The translations under genes were made by a program, and so were the position numbers. Under the pieces are notes generated by a model. That model saw only the letters and a list, made by a program, of their open reading frames with translations, searched no databases and was not told where the DNA came from. From an uncultured Thermoplasmata archaeon (GTDB lineage: Archaea; Thermoplasmatota; DTKX01; DATEUP01), in NCBI GenBank assembly GCA_965541515.1, contig CBEUCC010000001.1, forward strand, positions 1-62,713: DNA of 62,713 nucleotides, read 5' to 3'. This document shows positions 1 through 6,283 of this stretch, piece by piece. Positions within the stretch are counted from its first letter, which is position 1, and each line of letters opens with the position of its first letter.

Positions 1-1110
1 GACCCCGTACATTTCGCCCCCCTCCGTCAGCTCCAGCGCGAGGAGTGATACTATCCCCGATCTAGGCCCGGGCCCTGGCAGTCCCATCCCACGGACCATC
101 TCGCCACGCTCGCCATAGACGAGCACGACTAAGCGGAAGTCACCCAAAAGCTCCCTGCGCCCGTCAGGGTAGGATTCCACGGCCTCAAGCACGGTGGGGT
201 AGGCCGCCTCGCCCCCGTTTGGCGACAGGTCTACTCCGAAGCGTCCAATGAAGCGAAGCGCCGACGAGTTCTCAAGGTCGATGTCCAGCGTGGGTTCCTC
301 ATTGTCTGGGCTGTCGAATCGTTTCAGGCGGTCATTTGGCGCGTCCCATCCACCCCTCTTCATGATCCAGAAACGGTTTCCCGTCTGAGCGGCTTTGATC
401 GCCCCCGACCCCGGTCCAAACGCGCGACTCTCACCGGTTGAGACGTCATACAGAAAAGGGGACTGCCCAGGAGCGATGTCCACTCCGACCATTGCACCGG
501 AGCCATCGGCCGAAATGCCTAGAATCTTGCTTGTATTGTCTACGGTAGTCACATCCAGAGTTTGAGTGACGGCTCCCGTGGCGATGTCCATGATCTCTAT
601 GACCACATCGTCGCCGACTCCAGAGGCAAGGAACGCCTGTCCTGTTGCTTCTGAGACGTCGAACGCGAGGATATTGGCCGAAGACTGAAGGCTGGCAAGC
701 CTCATTCCATCAGCATCAAACAGATCCACTCGACTCCCGCAGGAGACCATGAGCGAGCTGTTTGCCAAGAGCTTTAGCGCCCCGGGCATGGGACAGGGTG
801 CGCCAGGAATGGACCAGGATCGGTTGGTGATGTTTCCCTCATCCGAGAAATCCCATCGTCGGATCTCGCTGTTACTGTAGTAGACGAAGAGCCTAGCGCT
901 TTCAACATCGATGGTCGCCGCAACCGGGTATTCCCCACTCATCGAGATCTCGGAGAAAATTTGGCGGTAGCCGCTCCCCTCGACGAATGTGAAGGTTGTG
1001 CCGAGATCCGGATCCGTAGCCGGCGGACTGCCGAAACAACCCGCCGCCACCAGAATCACTAGCGTGATGATGCTGGTGGCGCTTCGGGCTCCGCCCTTCA
1101 CGCCTACCAT
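1..1110 (-). CDS. Secreted lipoprotein, beta-propeller-like repeat protein, paralog 1 of 3 (C-terminus lies beyond the window edge)
   Basis: Absent from the ORF track because there is no stop inside the window. Hand translation of the minus strand from ATG (1110-1108) gives MVGVKGGARSATSIITLVILVAAGCFGSPPATDPDLGTTFTFVEGSGYRQ..., open to position 1 (...IVSLLALELTEGGEMYGV). It has a signal peptide plus lipobox-like AAGC. It is collinear with the products of 1424-2659 and 3075-4214 (shared ..Y.S...I..WDF/WNF motif and ..GG..Y.V tail). Confidence 0.75.
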   Translation of the reverse strand, partial: MVGVKGGARSATSIITLVILVAAGCFGSPPATDPDLGTTFTFVEGSGYRQIFSEISMSGEYPVAATIDVESARLFVYYSNSEIRRWDFSDEGNITNRSWSIPGAPCPMPGALKLLANSSLMVSCGSRVDLFDADGMRLASLQSSANILAFDVSEATGQAFLASGVGDDVVIEIMDIATGAVTQTLDVTTVDNTSKILGISADGSGAMVGVDIAPGQSPFLYDVSTGESRAFGPGSGAIKAAQTGNRFWIMKRGGWDAPNDRLKRFDSPDNEEPTLDIDLENSSALRFIGRFGVDLSPNGGEAAYPTVLEAVESYPDGRRELLGDFRLVVLVYGERGEMVRGMGLPGPGPRSGIVSLLALELTEGGEMYGV

Positions 1111-1122
1111 TCCCGAGGGGGC

Positions 1123-1135
1123 GTAGTTAAAAGCC
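1123..1135 (-). promoter_or_regulatory. TATA-like box (minus-strand sense GGCTTTTAACTAC) about 22 nt upstream of the ATG at 1110; implies a leaderless or near-leaderless mRNA
   Basis: AT-rich element in GC-rich DNA. The same CTTTAAC core recurs at 2759-2771, 4230-4242 and 37977-37986 at promoter-like distances. Confidence 0.45.
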
Positions 1136-1140
1136 TTGGT

Positions 1141-1434
1141 ACGAGCTGGCCCGGCGACAGCGTATACCGATCAATCCGGGCGTGGGCCGAGAGGGCTGGC
1201 GTCAGCGATCCTGATTCCGAAAATGCCGCAGACAAGTTCTTCGTGCATTGCTTCCGGCACTGGTTCACGACCCAACTCCTGAAGGGGGGAATGCCCCGAG
1301 AGCAAGTGGCGTTCCTCAGGGGTGACGCGCCCGCCGGCCCGGTTGACGTTTACAACCGAATCGACGCGGACGATGTGCGCATCGCGTATCTAGCAACAAT
1401 CCCTCTGCTCATCGATCGGACGCCTAAACCGTGA
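1141..1434 (+). pseudogene. Tyrosine recombinase (phage-integrase family) C-terminal remnant
   Basis: In-frame translation reads ...SVYRSIRAWAERAGVSDPDSENAADKFFVHCFRHWFTTQLLKGGMPREQVAFLRGDAPAGPVDVYNRIDADD... This is the box II pattern H-x-x-R-H..T.LL..G....V..L.G......Y of tyrosine recombinases. Only about 95 residues remain and no N-terminal or box I part exists, because the upstream DNA is the promoter and start of gene 1-1110. The usual LGH is LRGD here. Confidence 0.6.
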
Positions 1435-2659
1435 CGTTCTGCCATGCGAGACTTGGTGGCGAGCTCTCGGAAGTGCCGTACGTTAGCCACAGCTGAGCTC
1501 CAAGTAGGGGGGTTCGGAAGGAAGTCACCGCATAGGTGCCGCCCCCGCCATCGAACGCGACAGCCACTAGTTCAACAGCGTAGCGGGTTGCAACCGGAGC
1601 AGGGAGCCCCATCCCCCGCACCAAATCTCCCGCGCTATTGTACGTCAAGAGAATGGACTTCTCCTCCCCCCAAGGCTTCTCGGTGCCATCCGAGAACCTT
1701 TCTGTCGATTCCAGGACCGAAGGGAAAGACGCCTCGCCCGTCTCAACACCTGGAAAGACCACATAGCGTCCCCGAGCATCGTGGACAGGCGGGTTCTCCA
1801 GATCCACCGATCCAAGGGGGGAAGACAATCCCGACTGGATCGAGTAGAACAACTGACCAAGATCGTACTGGCCGCCTCCACTTTTTACAACCCAGAACGA
1901 TTCCTGATTGGGGGAGAACCCCACCGCACCCCACCCGGGTCCGAAGCTCCGATTCGTCCCCGGCGGGATCTCATAAATGTACGGTGTTGGTCCTGGCGCG
2001 TAGTCAACCCCGACCAGCGTGCCGTTCGAGTTCGGTTTCAATCGCATTATTCGACTTCCGTCCTCTCCCGTTCCTACCGGGAGGGACGCCTCGATGGAGC
2101 CGGTGCTTAGGTTGCGCACCTCCACGCGTGAGGTTTCCCCCATGCCCAGTCCAGCAAAGGCGAGGTTCGCTTGTTCGGCGAAGCCAAACGCCCAAATCAA
2201 CTCGGAGAAGTTCAAGGAGAATCGCTCACTTCCCGTCGAATTGAACGCGTAAAGAGATGATCCGCAAGAAGCTGCAACGATATGGTTGGAAAGCAGCTCA
2301 ATCGAGCCTTCATAACCGCACGGAGTCCCCGATATCACCCAACTCGTTTGGACAATGTGATTCTCGTCGGCAAAATCCCAGCTGGCGATCGTCCCATCAC
2401 TGAAATAGGCGTAAAGTACCCTAAGCCCTGCATCTACAGTCGCAGCCGTTACGAATGAGTTACTTCCCGACGTGTGGTTCAGAATCTCCGCGTAGCCCGT
2501 TCCTTCAACCACGGTGGAAATTAAAATGGTATGCGGGTCTTCTGGCTGCGTGATGTTGGATTCCTCCCCGTTCTCCGGGCTCGTGGGCCCGAAGCAGCCC
2601 GCGATAACCGTGGCGATTGCAACCACGAAACAGGACATTCGGAGAGTTCGCCCGGCCAT
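1424..2659 (-). CDS. Secreted lipoprotein, beta-propeller-like repeat protein, paralog 2 of 3
   Basis: 411-aa ORF. N-terminus is MAGRTLRMSCFVVAIATVIAGCFGP (signal peptide plus lipobox IAGC). A GGTGAGGAG Shine-Dalgarno-like element sits just upstream of the ATG. Many NxS/T sequons. Collinear with paralogs 1 and 3. Confidence 0.8.
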   Translation of the reverse strand: MAGRTLRMSCFVVAIATVIAGCFGPTSPENGEESNITQPEDPHTILISTVVEGTGYAEILNHTSGSNSFVTAATVDAGLRVLYAYFSDGTIASWDFADENHIVQTSWVISGTPCGYEGSIELLSNHIVAASCGSSLYAFNSTGSERFSLNFSELIWAFGFAEQANLAFAGLGMGETSRVEVRNLSTGSIEASLPVGTGEDGSRIMRLKPNSNGTLVGVDYAPGPTPYIYEIPPGTNRSFGPGWGAVGFSPNQESFWVVKSGGGQYDLGQLFYSIQSGLSSPLGSVDLENPPVHDARGRYVVFPGVETGEASFPSVLESTERFSDGTEKPWGEEKSILLTYNSAGDLVRGMGLPAPVATRYAVELVAVAFDGGGGTYAVTSFRTPLLGAQLWLTYGTSESSPPSLAWQNVTV

Positions 2660-2758
2660 TGCTCCTCACCATCAGACAGCCGAAACGCCGACCGCCATCA
2701 AGACGAAGCAAGCGACGGCCCGCGCCCGGTCGTTCACAACTACCATCTTTGGGTGGCC

Positions 2759-2771
2759 TTAGTTAAAGGCC
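2759..2771. promoter_or_regulatory. Near-palindromic TATA-like element TTAGTTAAAGGCC between divergent genes (possible bidirectional promoter)
   Basis: Lies about 100 nt upstream of the minus-strand ATG at 2659 and 68-80 nt upstream of the plus-strand ATG at 2839. An identical element occurs at 4230-4242. Confidence 0.45.
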
Positions 2772-2838
2772 TCGGCGCGAGGTACCCTTGCAACGACGCG
2801 GCACGCCCCCAGTCCCTGGCAGGAGGGACACACCGAAA

Positions 2839-2982
2839 ATGGGAGACCCTAATAGGGATAACCACGCCAACCAGTTGAACCACAACAATGACGCCTACTG
2901 GCAGAGCCGCGGCGAAGACGAGCGCCCGGACGACTGGGAAGAGCGCGTGGACGACGAGTCTGACGAGGACGACGAGGACTGA
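2839..2982 (+). CDS. Acidic micro-protein (47 aa), copy 1: MGDPNRDNHANQLNHNNDAYWQSRGEDERPDDWEERVDDESDEDDED
   Basis: ATG preceded by GGAGGGA about 10 nt upstream. A second copy is at 4310-4444. Several inter-copy differences are synonymous (cgc/cgg Arg codons) and the indel is 9 nt (in frame), consistent with translation. The longer track ORF (2788-) probably over-extends the start. Confidence 0.6.
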   Translation: MGDPNRDNHANQLNHNNDAYWQSRGEDERPDDWEERVDDESDEDDED

Positions 2983-3024
2983 GTAGTCCTCGCGCCTTGC
3001 GTAGCACCGGCCAGATGTGCTTTC

Positions 3025-3050
3025 GGGACCGGCGGGCCGGCGCCGGTTCC
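3025..3050 (+). terminator. GC-rich hairpin (GGGACCGGC-loop-GCCGGTTCC) followed by ATCTTCCCC
   Basis: 9-bp stem with one G-U pair, conserved in the second module copy (4490-4515). Sits between the convergent 3' ends of the micro-ORF and gene 3075-4214. Confidence 0.4.
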
Positions 3051-3074
3051 ATCTTCCCCAAAGACGAGGCATGG

Positions 3075-4214
3075 TCACTCAGTGATGTTGTGCCTCACAA
3101 GCACGGGGGGCGTGGCATCGGGCCCTCCGTAGGAAAGCCATAGTTGCGATCCCCCGACCGCAGCTCGTAGGGCCGATACGGCGTAGAATCCCCCGTCGGA
3201 AAGGAGCGCAATGGTCACCTCCACTCCCGGTAGTTCGCCACCCCTCACTAGGCTTCCATTTAGGTCGTATACGTAGGCAATGTTACGCACATCGCTGAGG
3301 GGACGGTATTGGCCTCGTGAGTATTCGTAGCCCCCGAAGGAAGTAGCGAAAGCGGCATCCAACCCTCGTGGCGAGGCGTACAGGTGCTTGTCGACGAGCG
3401 AGAACGAAAGCCCATGGCCGTGTTCAAGGGTTTCCGCAAACTGGGGGGTTCCGTCTGTAAACGCCTCGAAGGCGCGAAGGACGTCGAATGGGCCATCAAA
3501 ATGGTTGGTAGACGCCCAGACGTAATCCCCCGAGGAGGGAACGACCCCAGCTCCGGGGCCAAGCGTCAGATTCTCGCCGCCAGCCAAACGCCAGAAGCTG
3601 ACGTCTTCCAATGATACGGCGCCGACCACGTCGCCCGCGGAGTTGATCGAAACCTGTCGGGGCTCATTGGGGAGGTCGATCCGAGTGCGCAAAACGCCAG
3701 TGGCCATTTCTCGAACTTCCAGGGCGGGCGGTGACGCTATGGCACCGACGACCAGGCCCGCCTCTCCCGCAACCGCAAGATCCGAGAGGTTGCCTGAAAA
3801 GTGAACCGCGAACCGGAGGTTCCCTTCGGCCGAATAACCGTCAACGCTGGCGCCGCAGGCCACGAGGAGCGTGTGATTAGGCAGCATTCGCAACAGAGGC
3901 CTCGAGCAAGGCGCCGCACCTTCAAGCAACAGCCCATGTGTGGCATGGCTTTCGTCGGTGAAGTTCCACCAGTGGATTGCCCCGTCGCTGAAGGCGGCGT
4001 AGACGATGCTCCACTCCACGTCGATGACCGCGCGTATCGCAAACGGTCCTGTCGTGTTCTGGTAGGCCAGAATCTGCCGAACGCCGCTGCCATCCTCAAA
4101 CTCCATCACGTGCGCCTCGGGGTCTGGCTGCGGGGCACCAAGGCAACCGGCAGAGGCCACGACCGCCACCACGGCGAGGCTTGCGAATGGACTCACGCGG
4201 CCATGCACAATCAT
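3075..4214 (-). CDS. Secreted lipoprotein, beta-propeller-like repeat protein, paralog 3 of 3
   Basis: 379-aa ORF. N-terminus is MIVHGRVSPFASLAVVAVVASAGCLGAP (signal peptide plus lipobox SAGC). TATA-like CCTTTAACTAA lies about 24 nt upstream of the ATG (leaderless-type). Collinear with paralogs 1 and 2. Confidence 0.8.
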   Translation of the reverse strand: MIVHGRVSPFASLAVVAVVASAGCLGAPQPDPEAHVMEFEDGSGVRQILAYQNTTGPFAIRAVIDVEWSIVYAAFSDGAIHWWNFTDESHATHGLLLEGAAPCSRPLLRMLPNHTLLVACGASVDGYSAEGNLRFAVHFSGNLSDLAVAGEAGLVVGAIASPPALEVREMATGVLRTRIDLPNEPRQVSINSAGDVVGAVSLEDVSFWRLAGGENLTLGPGAGVVPSSGDYVWASTNHFDGPFDVLRAFEAFTDGTPQFAETLEHGHGLSFSLVDKHLYASPRGLDAAFATSFGGYEYSRGQYRPLSDVRNIAYVYDLNGSLVRGGELPGVEVTIALLSDGGFYAVSALRAAVGGSQLWLSYGGPDATPPVLVRHNITE

Positions 4215-4309
4215 GGTTTGCCGGCCGGGTTAGTTAAAGGCCTCGGCTGGTGGTTCCCCAGAGACGACGCGGCACGCCCCCAGTCCCTGGTAGGAGGGAC
4301 ACACCGAAA

Positions 4310-4444
4310 ATGGGAGACCCTAATAGGGATAACCACGCCAACCAGTTGAACCCGGAGCACGACGCCTACTGGCAGAGCCGGGGCGAAGACGAGCGCCCGG
4401 ACGACTGGGAAGAGCGGTTGGACGAAGAGTCTGACGAGGACTGA
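4310..4444 (+). CDS. Acidic micro-protein (44 aa), copy 2: MGDPNRDNHANQLNPEHDAYWQSRGEDERPDDWEERLDEESDED
   Basis: Same leader and GGAGGGA as copy 1. Differences cluster in three adjacent codons (HNN vs PEH) and in the acidic tail. Confidence 0.6.
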   Translation: MGDPNRDNHANQLNPEHDAYWQSRGEDERPDDWEERLDEESDED

Positions 4445-4489
4445 TTAGTCCCGTCGCCTCGCCTTGGCCCGGCCATATGATCGCCTTTC

Positions 4490-4515
4490 GGGACCGGGGG
4501 GCCGGCGCCGGTTCC
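4490..4515 (+). terminator. Conserved GC-rich hairpin followed by ATTTTCCCC
   Basis: Second copy of the 3025-3050 hairpin. A T4 tract follows it. Confidence 0.4.
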
Positions 4516-4523
4516 ATTTTCCC

Positions 4524-5315
4524 CTATTCGGGAGCCGAGCAGAGGTTGGCAAGGTAGACGCCATACTCGGTAAGCCGGGCTGCCCGCTTCCTTCCTCTGG
4601 TCTCAATTTCGATGTAGCCCTCGCGGAGCAACTTCTGGAGGACGCGCTTGTTCAACCTCACGTTGAGCTTGTTTCGTTCGCTGCGCGGCGTCGACGGCTC
4701 GTACTTCGCATCCTCCCACCCCGGCGCCCTACCCGCACGAAGCGCCTGGATCAATTCATAGTAGCCAAGGGTTGCATCAGGCGAGGAATTCAGGGCCTTT
4801 AACACGAGACGGCCTTCTTGGTCGGGCAGTTTCAACTCAAAGAACGGAAGAGTGCGGGCATCGCCGTCCATCCCCCGCGTTAGCCCATGTTTCTGGACCC
4901 CGGCCTTCGTGTGAATGTACTCCTCCGGTGTGACGTAGTAGATTACGCCGCCCGAGGCTCCCAAATGCGCCATCGCGGCTAGCGAGGCTCCCAACGATGC
5001 GATTTTCCCGGCAGCGGACATGTTCAAGTAGATCCTGTTGCCCTTCGCGCGCTCCGACTGAACGACCTTCGCGACTTCGCGCATGACTCCGATCAGGTCT
5101 GAGTTCGCATCGACCTTGATGTGCTTGACCCGGATTCCCTTCTTTTCGAGGGCCGCCCGGACCCGGTCAAAACAGTACTTCTGATTCTTGTGGGAGGCGG
5201 GGTTGCATAGCAGGTAGACAAGATGGGCATGCATCTGGACGACCGGCAGGACCGCGCGATCTACTTCCCAGCCCAGGGGGACGACGTGAACTAGTTTCTC
5301 CACTGATGGTTTCAA
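4524..5315 (-). CDS. Csa3/CARF-like (HFX_2341 / DUF6293-like) regulator: Rossmann-like N-domain plus C-terminal winged helix
   Basis: 263 aa. The N-terminus VHVVPLGWEVDRAVLPVV...HLVYLL resembles the Csa3-type sensor domain. The C-terminus ...LNKRVLQKLLREGYIEIETRGRKRAARLTEYGVYL is wHTH-like. The assignment is from memory of family patterns, not from a search. Confidence 0.5.
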   Translation of the reverse strand: MKPSVEKLVHVVPLGWEVDRAVLPVVQMHAHLVYLLCNPASHKNQKYCFDRVRAALEKKGIRVKHIKVDANSDLIGVMREVAKVVQSERAKGNRIYLNMSAAGKIASLGASLAAMAHLGASGGVIYYVTPEEYIHTKAGVQKHGLTRGMDGDARTLPFFELKLPDQEGRLVLKALNSSPDATLGYYELIQALRAGRAPGWEDAKYEPSTPRSERNKLNVRLNKRVLQKLLREGYIEIETRGRKRAARLTEYGVYLANLCSAPE

Positions 5316-5427
5316 TGATCATGTTGGTATTGATGCTTTCCCTACAAAGCTTGATATTCTGACACACTATTGAACCATTCCATGCTCATGGCGCCGACCG
5401 CGGCGTCCCGGCACAGGCGGACTACAA

Positions 5428-5856
5428 ATGCGTGAATCGGAAATGTACGAACCCGTACGCCAGTTCTTGAAACGGCGTCTTGAGAGCTCCAACGCCCCGT
5501 ACTACTGCGATGAATGTGTGACCCGTGAAGGCTACCGTGCGGACCTCGTGATCGTGCAGTCGCGGCGGGACTGTGTACACGTGGTTGAGCTCAAGGCTGC
5601 TATCACCGAGCCCGATGAGGCGATCGACCAACTCCTTGGGTACCCAGGGAACCACCACTGGCTGGCCGTCTCGGACGACCTGTATGAGGCGTGGCCCGGC
5701 CTCTTCAGCGCCTGCGCTGATGCAGGTGTTGGCCTACTGGTTGTGGGAGGCACCTACCGTCATTGGGTCGTACTCAAGTTGAAGCCGCACCGCGAGTACG
5801 GGGACTTCCTCGATGAGTACCCCCGGATAGAGCAAGCGTGGACGGAGGGATGCTAG
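5428..5856 (+). CDS. Stand-alone PD-(D/E)xK nuclease-fold protein (NucS C-domain / DUF91-like motif set)
   Basis: 142 aa. ...GYRADLVIVQSRRDCVHVVELKAAITEPDEAIDQLLGY shows D...E-x-K followed by Q-x-x-x-Y, the arrangement I recall for NucS/EndoMS and, less certainly, Cap4 and Shedu (DUF4263) nucleases. An alternative start is Met at 5443. Confidence 0.55.
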   Translation: MRESEMYEPVRQFLKRRLESSNAPYYCDECVTREGYRADLVIVQSRRDCVHVVELKAAITEPDEAIDQLLGYPGNHHWLAVSDDLYEAWPGLFSACADAGVGLLVVGGTYRHWVVLKLKPHREYGDFLDEYPRIEQAWTEGC

Positions 5857-5928
5857 CGTGCCCGGCTTCCGGAGCGCTCTCTACGCAATCCCCGTCAGTT
5901 AGATGGTTGATGCGAGGAGGAATTCTGG

Positions 5929-6198
5929 ATGACGGCCACACGAAGCTTCCAGATTGACCAGCACCGCGTACCCCAGATGCTTGAGGCCATCCGGCGTCAC
6001 GCGGCGGCCGCCGGCGTCAGGTTTGTGGGAACCGAACGCTCCGGATCCTTCTCGGGAGTGGCGCGTGGGTATGAAATCGAGGGATCCTACACCGTCAGCG
6101 GCGACCAACTGATGGTCACGCTTACCAAGCATCCGGACGGGTTCTTCGCAAACGCCAATGCGGTCTTTGGGGAGATCCAGAAGTGGATTCGGGCATGA
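5929..6198 (+). CDS. Small hypothetical protein (89 aa)
   Basis: GAGGAGG Shine-Dalgarno 8 nt upstream. Weak resemblance to the small PHA_gran_rgn-type fold (…SGSFSGVARGYEIEGSYTVSGDQLMVTLTKHP...). No confident family assignment. Confidence 0.5.
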   Translation: MTATRSFQIDQHRVPQMLEAIRRHAAAAGVRFVGTERSGSFSGVARGYEIEGSYTVSGDQLMVTLTKHPDGFFANANAVFGEIQKWIRA

Positions 6199-6283
6199 TC
6201 GAGCAATCGATTTGCGTTTGCCCGCCGCTCTTTCCTGGAACCTCGCGCGTGGATCTAACCCAAATTAGTAGGGAGGAGAGCCC

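Larger units (their letters stand above)
2759..3059. repeat. Copy A of a ~300-nt duplicated intergenic module (TATA-like box, conserved leader, acidic micro-ORF, hairpin)
   Basis: Aligns by eye with 4230-4524. The ~190-nt core (leader plus micro-ORF) differs at roughly a dozen positions plus one 9-nt indel (hand count). The flanking lipoprotein genes are far more diverged. Confidence 0.85.
4230..4524. repeat. Copy B of the ~300-nt duplicated intergenic module
   Basis: See 2759-3059. Includes the TATA-like TTAGTTAAAGGCC (4230-4242), the identical ~45-nt leader, the micro-ORF and the hairpin. Confidence 0.85.

Noticed and set aside
1141-1434. SSV-type split integrase (int-C half marking one end of an integrated element next to a tRNA)
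   Set aside because: Only about 95 C-terminal residues remain, far less than an int(C) half. There is no tRNA or att-like sequence adjacent, and the two tRNA genes are more than 40 kb away. A decayed remnant is the simpler reading.
2880-2900. Diversity-generating (DGR-like) targeted variation, suggested by the three-codon cluster of differences between the two micro-ORF copies (also 4345-4365)
   Set aside because: There is no reverse transcriptase gene and no template/variable repeat pair with adenine-specific differences. The substitutions are not A-biased.
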